From positions 124,001 to 188,000 of the forward strand of contig JAWLHB010000003.1 of assembly GCA_041690595.1 (NCBI GenBank): DNA of 64,000 nucleotides. Reading direction: 5' to 3'. The first letter of the stretch is position 1, and every line of letters starts with the position of its first letter. The translations under genes were made by a program, and so were the position numbers. Positions 49,288-58,055 of this stretch are shown here, in pieces. Source of the DNA: Lentisphaeria bacterium (GTDB lineage: Bacteria; Verrucomicrobiota; Lentisphaeria; JABSQK01; JAWLHB01). The notes beneath the pieces are model-generated. The model was given only the letters and a program-made list of their open reading frames with translations. It had not been told where the DNA came from and did no database searches.

Positions 49288-51828
49288 TTATTGAGCGTCG
49301 GCGGTGACGACTTCGCGAGGGAGAAGGAGATGGTCACCGCTTGGGGCGAGATAGGGGGGAACCGTCATCAGCATGCGCGGGCCAACGGAGTTCGCAAAGG
49401 TCCACAGCTTGCCGTCCTGCCCGGGTGGCACGTCGACGCGGAAATAACCGGCGGCATCCATATCGGCGAAATCGAAGATCTGGTTGCCGTTTCCATCGAG
49501 CATCAGACCGAGGTTGGAACCGGCGTATCCGCCGACGACCTTCGTCCCTCGAGGCACATAGAAGGAGAGCGTCCAGCGGCCGTTGGGGCGCATGGGATCC
49601 TCGAGGGTCGAGCGGACGGTGAAGGGGAGATCTTCAGGGAAAATGACGCGGGTCATATCACTCCCATCGTTCCATTCCAGTGTATGCAAGCCAGTGTAGG
49701 GGGTGCGAAGCTGGACAATGCGTTCGACCCCATCGGGCGGGACGCTTTCATCTTCGGCAACGGGCTCGAGAGTGGCCTCCTGCTCGGCATACAGGGTGAT
49801 CTTGACATTGCCGCGATCCCGATAGCCGACAATCAGGCCACCCGTAACCTTCAGCTCGATGCTTTCCCGCCCCTCGGGCAGCCAGGTATGAAAGCGCTGA
49901 CGCCCCCGATGTGGCGCGCCGAAGCTGCCGAGTTTCACGGGCGAGAGGGCGAGCCGGGAGGCAGGGACCAGCTCCTCACTGTACCCGACGAGATCGAAGT
50001 CGAGGACCGTCGGCTGGTTGGCGGCAAGTCCCGCGGTCAGAATGGCGGCTATCTCCTCGGTACCGAAAGGTTTGCCGCTCTTCCAGGGGTTCGCCTCCTC
50101 GGGGACACTCCAATGCGCCTCCTCGGGAACGGCGATGGACTTGTCGCGGTAGGCGCGACCGCGATGGCAGATGGCGACGGTGGAGAGCATCATCCGGTCG
50201 CGCATGCGATAGGCATGGCGCCAGACCTGCTCGAAGTTGTGCTGACGGGCCTCACCGCTGGCCTGACGATAAGCATGATAAAGCTCCGTGTAGCGAGTGT
50301 AGAGGATCAAGTCGTCGAGGCGGGCGAGAACCCGCGGATCCGTGGTCGCCTGACGTGCATCATCCAGATGACGGTACATTCGGGCGACGACATCTTCGGT
50401 GGAACGAACAGACTGATGGTCCCGGTTGATCAGGACATAGAAATCGCGCATGGGATTGGCGGCGGCCCCGAAGGCGTTGGTCAGGAAATCCTCTACAAGG
50501 GAGTCCACCTCGTCGACGGCGTCGACATCCCAGAGAAGGCGCGGCGTGAGCCAGTAGCCCAGGCCATTGGCGCCCCAGCTGTCGGCGTTTTCCGAGTTCA
50601 TGAAGCGGGCACCCTGCTGATGAAAGTAAGGGATGGTGCGCGTGAGGTAGGCGAGATTGCCGCCGCGCGCCCGGCGAGGCAGATCATGGCTCCAGGTGAA
50701 GACATCATGATAGTCGCGAATACCCAGGATAGGCCCCTTGGCGCGCCAGCCTTCGACAAGCTCCTCGATGGTGTAGCCGCCGCGGATAAAGCTGGTGGCG
50801 ACGCTGATGACCACGTTCGGGTGCGACTCGATGGCTGGCGGCGGGCTGTGCTGGTTGTAGCCATACATGCCAACATACCTGGAGCCAAGACCGAGTTCGT
50901 TGATCGCCTCGGCCACATCGTTGGCCAACGTCAGGGCGCGGTCGGTTACGCTGCCCATGGCGGCGCAGTTGTCGCACTCGCACCAGTTGCCGCCATCCGA
51001 GGGATCCATGGAGACGCTGACCTGAGCGGGATTCTTGCGCAACTGACGAACTGCGTAGTCGACGACAAGCTGGCGCAGTCCGGGGTTGCTGATGCAGAAT
51101 TTTGGGTTGGAGATGGTGGTCTTGCGTTCGCCGTCGATCAAAGCGAAGAAATCGGGATTGGCATCGAATGCGGCGCGATTGTGGCGGATGATGGTGTCGT
51201 AAGCGTGGCCGGTGCTGAGGGCAAAGGAGGCGGTGATACGGTTGCGCAGGCGCCAGCGCTGCCAGAGTTCGCGATTGGTCCATGGAGCACCGCGAGGGGC
51301 ATCACGGGTGACGTAGTCAGGCCGCTCGACCACATCGACGGCGACCTTCAGCTCCGGGCGTTCGGGAACGATCTCCCAGGTATCGGTGAGGAAATAGAGC
51401 CGGTATCCCAAGCGGTGCAGGAGATCCCATACAGCCAGGTGAGCGGCCAACTCGCTGGCTCCTGTCAGGTGAAGCCCCCCGGTATGGGAGCGGAGAAGGT
51501 AGTCATCCTGGCGGAAGGGTTCGTCCGGCTGGAAGTTCGAGGCAAGATCCAGTCCTGGAAAATCGGTGAATGGACCGATGGCCAGACCACGACTGCCATC
51601 TCCGGTTTCGACCACAAATGGGGCGCCCGTGATGCGTTCGAGGTAGTCGGCAAGTTCGTCGGCGGCCTGTCGCGTACGCTCTCCGGCAGTTGGCGCGACG
51701 ATGATCGGGTGAAGCGCCTGGCCCTTCTCCGCCAGCGTAATCTCGACAGCGGCCGAGGCGGAGAAGGAGAAAATGGCGCTGCCAATGAGTAGGGACAGGA
51801 TAACGTTGTACACGGCAGATTCCCTCAA
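49288..51828 (-). CDS. DUF4838 domain secreted protein (GH-like)
   Basis: AADELADYLERITG, GHAY, FFALIDGER, FCISNPG, SMDPSDG..WCECDNC, YNQHSPPP. Confidence 0.8.
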   Translation of the reverse strand: MRESAVYNVILSLLIGSAIFSFSASAAVEITLAEKGQALHPIIVAPTAGERTRQAADELADYLERITGAPFVVETGDGSRGLAIGPFTDFPGLDLASNFQPDEPFRQDDYLLRSHTGGLHLTGASELAAHLAVWDLLHRLGYRLYFLTDTWEIVPERPELKVAVDVVERPDYVTRDAPRGAPWTNRELWQRWRLRNRITASFALSTGHAYDTIIRHNRAAFDANPDFFALIDGERKTTISNPKFCISNPGLRQLVVDYAVRQLRKNPAQVSVSMDPSDGGNWCECDNCAAMGSVTDRALTLANDVAEAINELGLGSRYVGMYGYNQHSPPPAIESHPNVVISVATSFIRGGYTIEELVEGWRAKGPILGIRDYHDVFTWSHDLPRRARGGNLAYLTRTIPYFHQQGARFMNSENADSWGANGLGYWLTPRLLWDVDAVDEVDSLVEDFLTNAFGAAANPMRDFYVLINRDHQSVRSTEDVVARMYRHLDDARQATTDPRVLARLDDLILYTRYTELYHAYRQASGEARQHNFEQVWRHAYRMRDRMMLSTVAICHRGRAYRDKSIAVPEEAHWSVPEEANPWKSGKPFGTEEIAAILTAGLAANQPTVLDFDLVGYSEELVPASRLALSPVKLGSFGAPHRGRQRFHTWLPEGRESIELKVTGGLIVGYRDRGNVKITLYAEQEATLEPVAEDESVPPDGVERIVQLRTPYTGLHTLEWNDGSDMTRVIFPEDLPFTVRSTLEDPMRPNGRWTLSFYVPRGTKVVGGYAGSNLGLMLDGNGNQIFDFADMDAAGYFRVDVPPGQDGKLWTFANSVGPRMLMTVPPYLAPSGDHLLLPREVVTADAQ

Positions 51829-51930
51829 TACGAGTTGCGGTCAATACTGGCTCCAGTACTGTACAAGCGTCCGCGGCGTTCCGCAACGGCGGTTCAACGC
51901 GACCAGACATCGTCCGCCCCATGTGAAGAA

Positions 51931-52323
51931 TCAGGACGGATCGGATTGTAGAGCGCGGCGGATGTAGCCCCGCAACTCGAAGATGTCAAAGGGCTTGGGC
52001 AGGCATGCGGTCACGCCGTACTTATTCGCTTCCTCAACCAACTCGGCATCATAGCTGCCGGTGAAGAAGATGAAGGGAAGCGACTTGGTCTCCTCCGCTG
52101 TACGGAGAACCTTCAGCAGCTGCAACCCATTCATACCCGGCATCTTGCGATCACAGATGATGAGATCGGGGCGCGTCTGTCCGAGGACCTCGAGTGCCTG
52201 TTCGGCGGACGCGACAGCGATGGGCTGACTTCCGTCTCCCTCCAGCAGGTCCGAAAGCAGACAGCGAATGCTGGGCTCGTCATCGACAATGAGTATGATG
52301 GGGCTTGGCGTGTTCATGGTCAT
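51931..52323 (-). CDS. Single-domain response regulator (receiver only)
   Basis: LIVDDE, ICDRKMPGMNG, FFTG, PKPF. Confidence 0.92.
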   Translation of the reverse strand: MTMNTPSPIILIVDDEPSIRCLLSDLLEGDGSQPIAVASAEQALEVLGQTRPDLIICDRKMPGMNGLQLLKVLRTAEETKSLPFIFFTGSYDAELVEEANKYGVTACLPKPFDIFELRGYIRRALQSDPS

Positions 52324-52399
52324 GCGGGGTATGCAACTATGGGCAATGGGAAGCAGAACATACGATCAAAAGGTGTGTGGTCAATCGCTGACACGAAGA

Positions 52400-54007
52400 T
52401 CAGCAGAGATTATAGCGTCCGGGCGCTATGATGTGGTCAGGATCGAGGACGGATTTCAGATCTCGAACGGTCTGCCAGAAGGTATCGTCGGGGTTCATGA
52501 TCTGATGCATGGACTGAATGCCAATGCGATACGGATACCAGCCTTCCCGCATGTAAGCATCCTGCAAGTCCTGGACGCAGGCATGAGCCCGTTCCGCTTC
52601 CTGCGCGTCGTCTCGCCTGAAAGCCAGGTTGATGACGACCTCCATGGAACGAACGTCGGCAACATTGAGGGTCGTATAGGGAGTGAAGCCGTAGCGGCCG
52701 AAGATGGTCTCGCAGAGTTGAGCCGTCCTGGCGGCAGCCGTGCCGGAAAGTGGGATGTACGGCAGGCAGTAAAGAAGGCCGCTTCGGCCATGGTCAGGGT
52801 TGCCGCTGGCGGGCGCCTCGTCTTCGAGGGGCCAGTAGACGCTGTCCAGCGCCGCATCGGTCGGAATGCCCTGGGTCAGCCCGAAGAATGGCTGGATGGC
52901 CTGCGCAAGCGCGAGCCTCCGGCGAAAAGCAGAGAAGCAGGAGAAGCGCTTGGCTATGCGGCTGAGCGAAGCCAGCCTGTCAGCCGTGAGGATGGTAAGC
53001 TTGGCAATGCCCTTGAGTTCGCGGGCGATCTCCCGCCGAGCAACTCGCACCTGAGCATCCGTACCCATCAGGCCGGTGACCGCACTCCAGGCGCCAAAGC
53101 CGCCGCCGTGAAAGATCTTCAGCGCTTCCTGGCGAGCGTCGGCCCGCGACATGCCTTGAGCGACGAGATTGTTGGCGATGACCGGTGTGATGGAGATCTC
53201 GCTTCGGGCTTGATTGGCAATATGCACAATGGTGGTCACGCTGCCATTCCGGCGAAGCCTGGCGAGCGCATCGACGAGATCCGGAAGACGAGCGGCATCT
53301 GTGATGCTGGCGATCATCGTGGCCTGCACGGCGGGACGGTGCATCAGGCTGATCCCCGCAGCGGTGACAATCCCATAGTTGGACTGGGCAAAGAGACCGT
53401 CGAGAGAGGGGCCGATGCCGAAGCGATACAGGTGGGTGGTGGCAGCCTGATCGTAATGACCGAATCCCGTAGTCGTGATCTTGCCATTGCCGAGCACGAC
53501 TTCTATCCCGCTCAACGTGTCCACCCGCTTGTCGAAATAGCCAACGCCGCGGTCGAGGGCATTGCCGATCAGGCTGGTATCCTTGCTGGAGCCGATGACG
53601 TTGAGCATCAGAGGAGCGCCGGACTTCCGGATCTCCTCATGGAGCTGCTGCTGCGAGACACCGGGTTCGACTACGGCATAGGCGTGCTCGATATTCAGCT
53701 CGCGGATGCGCTTCATGCCGCTGAGATCGACCACCACATTACCGTTCTCCACCGGCAGGCGGGAGCCCATCCCCCAGTTCTTGCCAGTGCTGATGGGATA
53801 GAGGGGGACACGATGTTCGCGCGCCACCGCCACGATCTGCTGAACCTGCACCGTGGTCGTCGGGCGCAGAACAGCGCCAATGGATCGGGACAAGCCGCTG
53901 ACATTCGCCTCATACGGCTGGAGTTCCGGGGCGTCGGCGAGCACTGCCTCTTTACCCAAGACCGCTTCCCAGCCTTCGAGAGCCGCAATGCGTGCAGAAT
54001 CGGACAT
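52400..54007 (-). CDS. VAO/PCMH-family FAD-linked oxidase (p-cresol methylhydroxylase flavoprotein-like)
   Basis: YPISTGKNWGMGS, VVEPGVSQ, GNALDRGVG, GPSLDGLFAQSNYGIVT, YPYR, DPDHIIAPGRY. Confidence 0.9.
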   Translation of the reverse strand: MSDSARIAALEGWEAVLGKEAVLADAPELQPYEANVSGLSRSIGAVLRPTTTVQVQQIVAVAREHRVPLYPISTGKNWGMGSRLPVENGNVVVDLSGMKRIRELNIEHAYAVVEPGVSQQQLHEEIRKSGAPLMLNVIGSSKDTSLIGNALDRGVGYFDKRVDTLSGIEVVLGNGKITTTGFGHYDQAATTHLYRFGIGPSLDGLFAQSNYGIVTAAGISLMHRPAVQATMIASITDAARLPDLVDALARLRRNGSVTTIVHIANQARSEISITPVIANNLVAQGMSRADARQEALKIFHGGGFGAWSAVTGLMGTDAQVRVARREIARELKGIAKLTILTADRLASLSRIAKRFSCFSAFRRRLALAQAIQPFFGLTQGIPTDAALDSVYWPLEDEAPASGNPDHGRSGLLYCLPYIPLSGTAAARTAQLCETIFGRYGFTPYTTLNVADVRSMEVVINLAFRRDDAQEAERAHACVQDLQDAYMREGWYPYRIGIQSMHQIMNPDDTFWQTVRDLKSVLDPDHIIAPGRYNLC

Positions 54008-54041
54008 GATGATATCCCCCCCGATGAAAGATGACTCAGAT

Positions 54042-55217
54042 TCAGACGTCGTCAGCCGGTGTGTAGCGCGGCAGGGTTACACAGAAGGTCGTGCCCTGGC
54101 CGACGGTGCTCTTGACCTGGATTGTCCCATTGTAGGCTTCTATGATCTTCCTGACGATATAAAGCCCCAACCCGGTGCCGGTTTCTTTGGTGCTGACATT
54201 GGGCGCAAAAATGTGTTCGAGCATGTCCTCGGGAATGCCGGTTCCGTCGTCCGCGATGCTGACAATGGCATTCCTGTCGTCCTTGGCCAGGGAAAGGTTG
54301 ATCGCGCCACCGCGCTTCTCAGTGGCTTGCAGAGCATTGACGAGGATATTGCTGAAGGCGCGACGCAGCTGCAGGGAGCTGCCCCAGACGGAGATGGTGT
54401 CAGCATCGGGGACAAAGTTGCAGTCGACAACGGTGTCGCTGTCAACCTCACTTGTAGCCGTTTCAATGACCTCGTTGAGCAAGGAGACCAGCGGGACCCG
54501 GCGCCGCCCCTGATCACCGCCAATGCCGCGCCAGAGATCGGCCAGTTCCTTGCAGTGCTCGAGGCCGGTATTCACCCGCGCCAGGTAGCTGGCCATACGG
54601 TCAGCCGGCAGGGCTTTGACACCGTGGCGAACATTGTCGAGCATCAGCTGCGTATACCCGTAGGCAACGCTGAGGGGATTGGAGAGGTCGTGCAGCATCT
54701 CGCGGGTATTCTGCCCCATGGCGACGAGGCCCTCCTGCTCGATCAACTGATGACGCAACTGGTCATTGAGGTTGGACAGCTTGTCGACCGCCTGATCCCG
54801 CAGCCTGCGCAAGCGACTTTCGGCAACATGATGCTTGACTTTGCTCTTGAGGGTATCGACGTCAAACGGCTTGGTCAGATACTCATTAGCGCCGAGGCGG
54901 ACGGCATCGGCAGCGGTATCGACGGAAGCATATCCGGTGAGGATGATGACGGCGACGTTCCGATCGCGTTGGCGTATGGCTTCAAGCCCTTCTATGCCGG
55001 TCATGCCGGGCATGCGCAGGTCGAGCAGGACGACATCGATCTCCTGCTCGTCAAGGATGGCAAGTCCTTTGGCCGCGGAGTCGACGCAGTGGACGATGTT
55101 CAGACCGCTCAGGGCAAATCGCATGCTCTCGCGCGGCCCGAGTTCATCATCGATCACCAGAACGCGTCCCCGTTCGGTCGTTCTGGCAGGCGGGTTGTCC
55201 TTTTCGCTCATTGTCAT
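54042..55217 (-). CDS. Cytoplasmic hybrid kinase REC-HisKA-HATPase
   Basis: VIDDE, LLDLRMP, LTGY, TKPF; HDLSNPL, NILVNALQA, DDGTGI, GTGLGL. Confidence 0.92.
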   Translation of the reverse strand: MTMSEKDNPPARTTERGRVLVIDDELGPRESMRFALSGLNIVHCVDSAAKGLAILDEQEIDVVLLDLRMPGMTGIEGLEAIRQRDRNVAVIILTGYASVDTAADAVRLGANEYLTKPFDVDTLKSKVKHHVAESRLRRLRDQAVDKLSNLNDQLRHQLIEQEGLVAMGQNTREMLHDLSNPLSVAYGYTQLMLDNVRHGVKALPADRMASYLARVNTGLEHCKELADLWRGIGGDQGRRRVPLVSLLNEVIETATSEVDSDTVVDCNFVPDADTISVWGSSLQLRRAFSNILVNALQATEKRGGAINLSLAKDDRNAIVSIADDGTGIPEDMLEHIFAPNVSTKETGTGLGLYIVRKIIEAYNGTIQVKSTVGQGTTFCVTLPRYTPADDV

Positions 55218-55242
55218 CCGGTTTCCAGAGGTGATCATAAAG

Positions 55243-56484
55243 TCAGAACGTGAAACCATAGCTGAAGACCAACAAGCTGGCCTGCAGATGCCACTCGGCA
55301 TCGTACGCAGGATTGTCTGCATTGGTCACGGTGCGATTCTCGAAGAAGCTGTGAGCGTAGGTGACATCCAGGGAATGTTGGCCAAAGCGGTAGCCCACGC
55401 CGACGCTGACGATATGGCGGTCGGCGTCGGGAATGATGGGCGCATGCGTGGAGTCCGGGATCGGCGAGGGAAGGTAATCATAGCCGCCGCGCAGAGACCA
55501 GTCGGGGCGCACCTGCCATTCGCAGCCAAGGCCGACGGTCACGATATCGTTCCAATCCTGCGAGATGGTGTTCGCCGGCAGTAGTGCGTCATTCTCCCCC
55601 GCCTTCAACTTCAACTGCTCATATCGGGAAAACTCCACCCACTCGACCTGCACGCCCAGCTTCACCTCGGGCTTCACCTGCCAGGCATAGCCGGCGGCGA
55701 CAACAGTGGGAAAGTCGATGGTGGTTTCGAAGTCGCTCCTGGCACTGCCCGGCAGGGGGCTCGGCTTGTTGGAGACCTCCATGTCACCGTCATACGTGAC
55801 ACGCACGGGTGAGCGATACGTAAGAGCGAAGTGATGCTGCGCGACAGGATTCCAGGCGAGTCCGAGATTGAAGCCAAGGCCATAGCCTTTGCCGTAGAAG
55901 TCGAACTTGCCGTCGGGAGAGCCGGGGATTACGCTCGACCATGGCACCTGTTGCTTGAAGGAGAGATCGGATAGGAAAATGTCGAGTCCGAGACCAATGG
56001 CCAGTTCATCCGTCAGCCGCCAGGCATAGGTAGGATTGATGTTGACCAGGCGCATCTCGGCGAAATAAGGCGCCTGATACTGGAAAACGCTATCCTTGTC
56101 CCAGACGGTGGATTGCCCATAGGGAGTCGTGACGCCCAGACCGATGACGCCATCATGCCAGGGTGCGGCAATGAAGAAATTGGGCAACATCTTGAGGTTC
56201 TCGGTGGTGGACGATTTGGCACCGCCGGGCACCTGGGCTTCATGACGGCTGTAGCCGAAGGTGAGCGAGTAAAGCAGCTCCGGCACCTCCAACTGCATCA
56301 GGTTGGCGGGATTGTGGGCTATGGCACTTGCATCGTCGATCATCACGGATCGCGCGCCGAGCGCAAGGGCCCGCGCGCCCTCGGGGGGATTTCGGAAGCC
56401 ATTGCCCGACACCGGATGTGCGATCAGCAGCGTGGAGATGAGTACGGAGAGTGAAAGTAATCGCGACGCCGTTGCCATTCGCAT
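55243..56484 (-). CDS. FadL/OmpP1/TodX outer-membrane channel for hydrophobic compounds
   Basis: Signal peptide; DDASAIAHNPANL (NPA plug), GVTTPYG, NINPT, LRGGY, PDADR; C-terminal Phe. Confidence 0.9.
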   Translation of the reverse strand: MRMATASRLLSLSVLISTLLIAHPVSGNGFRNPPEGARALALGARSVMIDDASAIAHNPANLMQLEVPELLYSLTFGYSRHEAQVPGGAKSSTTENLKMLPNFFIAAPWHDGVIGLGVTTPYGQSTVWDKDSVFQYQAPYFAEMRLVNINPTYAWRLTDELAIGLGLDIFLSDLSFKQQVPWSSVIPGSPDGKFDFYGKGYGLGFNLGLAWNPVAQHHFALTYRSPVRVTYDGDMEVSNKPSPLPGSARSDFETTIDFPTVVAAGYAWQVKPEVKLGVQVEWVEFSRYEQLKLKAGENDALLPANTISQDWNDIVTVGLGCEWQVRPDWSLRGGYDYLPSPIPDSTHAPIIPDADRHIVSVGVGYRFGQHSLDVTYAHSFFENRTVTNADNPAYDAEWHLQASLLVFSYGFTF

Positions 56485-56818
56485 GTTCTCTGTTCTATTA
56501 AGTGCTGGAGTTGAAGGGGGGCCCACTGCTCTTCGTGGCGGCCGCGACAAGCGTAAATCTACCCCTGGAAGAGTACTGCCACGCCGAGAGAGTCAGGCAG
56601 CAACTATACCGCCTTCCTGCCGAAAAACCAGCGAAAGTATGTTTGAGCCGTTGAAAGGGGAGCTTCAGCTGTGCATACTTGTCTTGGTTCAGTATCTTCG
56701 CTCTGGCGCTTGCAGGTATTGGGAAGCAGAAGCGGTACAGCGGCAACCTCCTCCGAAGATCACCCGGTAGGTTTTTTTTCAGACAAGGACGATGACACGT
56801 GGCATGGGAGTTTGAGAT

Positions 56819-58054
56819 TTGATCAAGGTTTGCATCACGGGAATCGGGATACTTGCCGCCAATGGCAACAGCAAGGACGCGTACTGGGAAAGCCTGGTCG
56901 CCGGGCGCAGCGGGATAGCACCCGTGACGCTTTTCGACGCAAGCGCCCTCACCTCGCGCATCGCGGGTGAGGTCAAGAATTTTGAGCCAAAGGAGTATTC
57001 CCTGGCGCCATCGAATGTGGGAAGGGAAGCTCGCAACACCCAGTTGTCTCTTGCCGCGGCCAGTCTGGCCCTGGAGGACGGAAAGCTGACCCCGGCGCAA
57101 CTGCGCGGGCGAGTCCCCGTACTGATCGCGATGGGAGTCAGCACCAGCTCGGTGGATATCATCGAGGCAGCGATTCGCCGCAACGTGAAGCGCGGGACCG
57201 AGAATGCCACACCACACATGCTCACGACCTCGGGCATCCAGATGCCGGCCAACCTGATTGCCGCCAACCTGGGCGTCCCGTGTGAAACGCATACTCTGTC
57301 GTCGGCCTGCGCTGCCGGTCAGGATGCCATTGCGTTTGCCGCCAATGCCATCCGCACGGGGCGGGTGGACATCGCCATCGCGGGTGGCGCTGACGCGCCG
57401 CTCAGTCCCGCTCTCTTTGGTGGCTTTTGCGCCAGCAAGATGGTTTCGCTGCGCAATAACGATCCAGCCCGGGCGAGCTGCCCCTTCGACCTCACGCGGG
57501 ATGGCGGCGTGGTGGCGGAAGGGGCTGCCGTGGTCATCCTCGAGAGCCTTTCCCATGCTCGCTCCAGAGGGGTCGTGCCGTATGCCGAGATCGCTTCAAG
57601 CTCGGTGCGAACTGATGTGCGGGGAGACGTACACGGGGCAGGGCTGTTGCAGAGCATGCGCATGGCACTCGCGGATGCCGGCTGCCTGCCCTCGGAGATT
57701 GACTACATCTGCGCGCATGGCCCAAGCGACCAGGATCTGGATCGCAATGAGACGGAGGCCATCAAAAGCCTCTTCGGCAAGCACGCGTATCGGCTGTCGG
57801 TCAGTTCAGTGAAAGGCGTGACCGGCAATCCTCTCGCCGCAGCCGGGTCGATCCAGATTGCCACGGCCGCCCTGGCCATACGGCATCAACTGGTGCCCAT
57901 GACCGCCAATTACCGCTACCGTGACCCTCTGTGCGATCTGGACTATGTCGGCGAAGCGTCACGGCACCAGCGTGTCAATCACGTGTTGGTGAACAACCAT
58001 GGCATTACTGGCGGCAACAGCAGCACCGTCGTGCGGCGCACGGACTTGACTTAA
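56819..58054 (+). CDS. Stand-alone FabF-like beta-ketoacyl synthase with non-canonical active site
   Basis: ITGIG, SGIAP, SSACAAG, AGGADAP, PFD..RDG...EG, AHGPS, KGVTGNPLAAAG, NNHGITGGN; TTG start after GGGAG. Confidence 0.9.
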   Translation: MIKVCITGIGILAANGNSKDAYWESLVAGRSGIAPVTLFDASALTSRIAGEVKNFEPKEYSLAPSNVGREARNTQLSLAAASLALEDGKLTPAQLRGRVPVLIAMGVSTSSVDIIEAAIRRNVKRGTENATPHMLTTSGIQMPANLIAANLGVPCETHTLSSACAAGQDAIAFAANAIRTGRVDIAIAGGADAPLSPALFGGFCASKMVSLRNNDPARASCPFDLTRDGGVVAEGAAVVILESLSHARSRGVVPYAEIASSSVRTDVRGDVHGAGLLQSMRMALADAGCLPSEIDYICAHGPSDQDLDRNETEAIKSLFGKHAYRLSVSSVKGVTGNPLAAAGSIQIATAALAIRHQLVPMTANYRYRDPLCDLDYVGEASRHQRVNHVLVNNHGITGGNSSTVVRRTDLT

Positions 58055-58055
58055 C

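Noticed and set aside
49291..54034. Long antisense ORFs (49291..51792, 52268..54034; also 10496, 18021, 40672 and 58836 ORFs)
   Set aside because: Shadow frames of well-supported genes in GC-rich DNA, with no protein motifs.
56772..56779. T8 tract upstream of the ketosynthase as a phase-variation switch
   Set aside because: The run is short and not placed between identifiable promoter elements.
56800..56816. Sigma54 promoter before the ketosynthase (TGGCATGGGAGTTTGA)
   Set aside because: No GC at the -12 position, and it overlaps the RBS.
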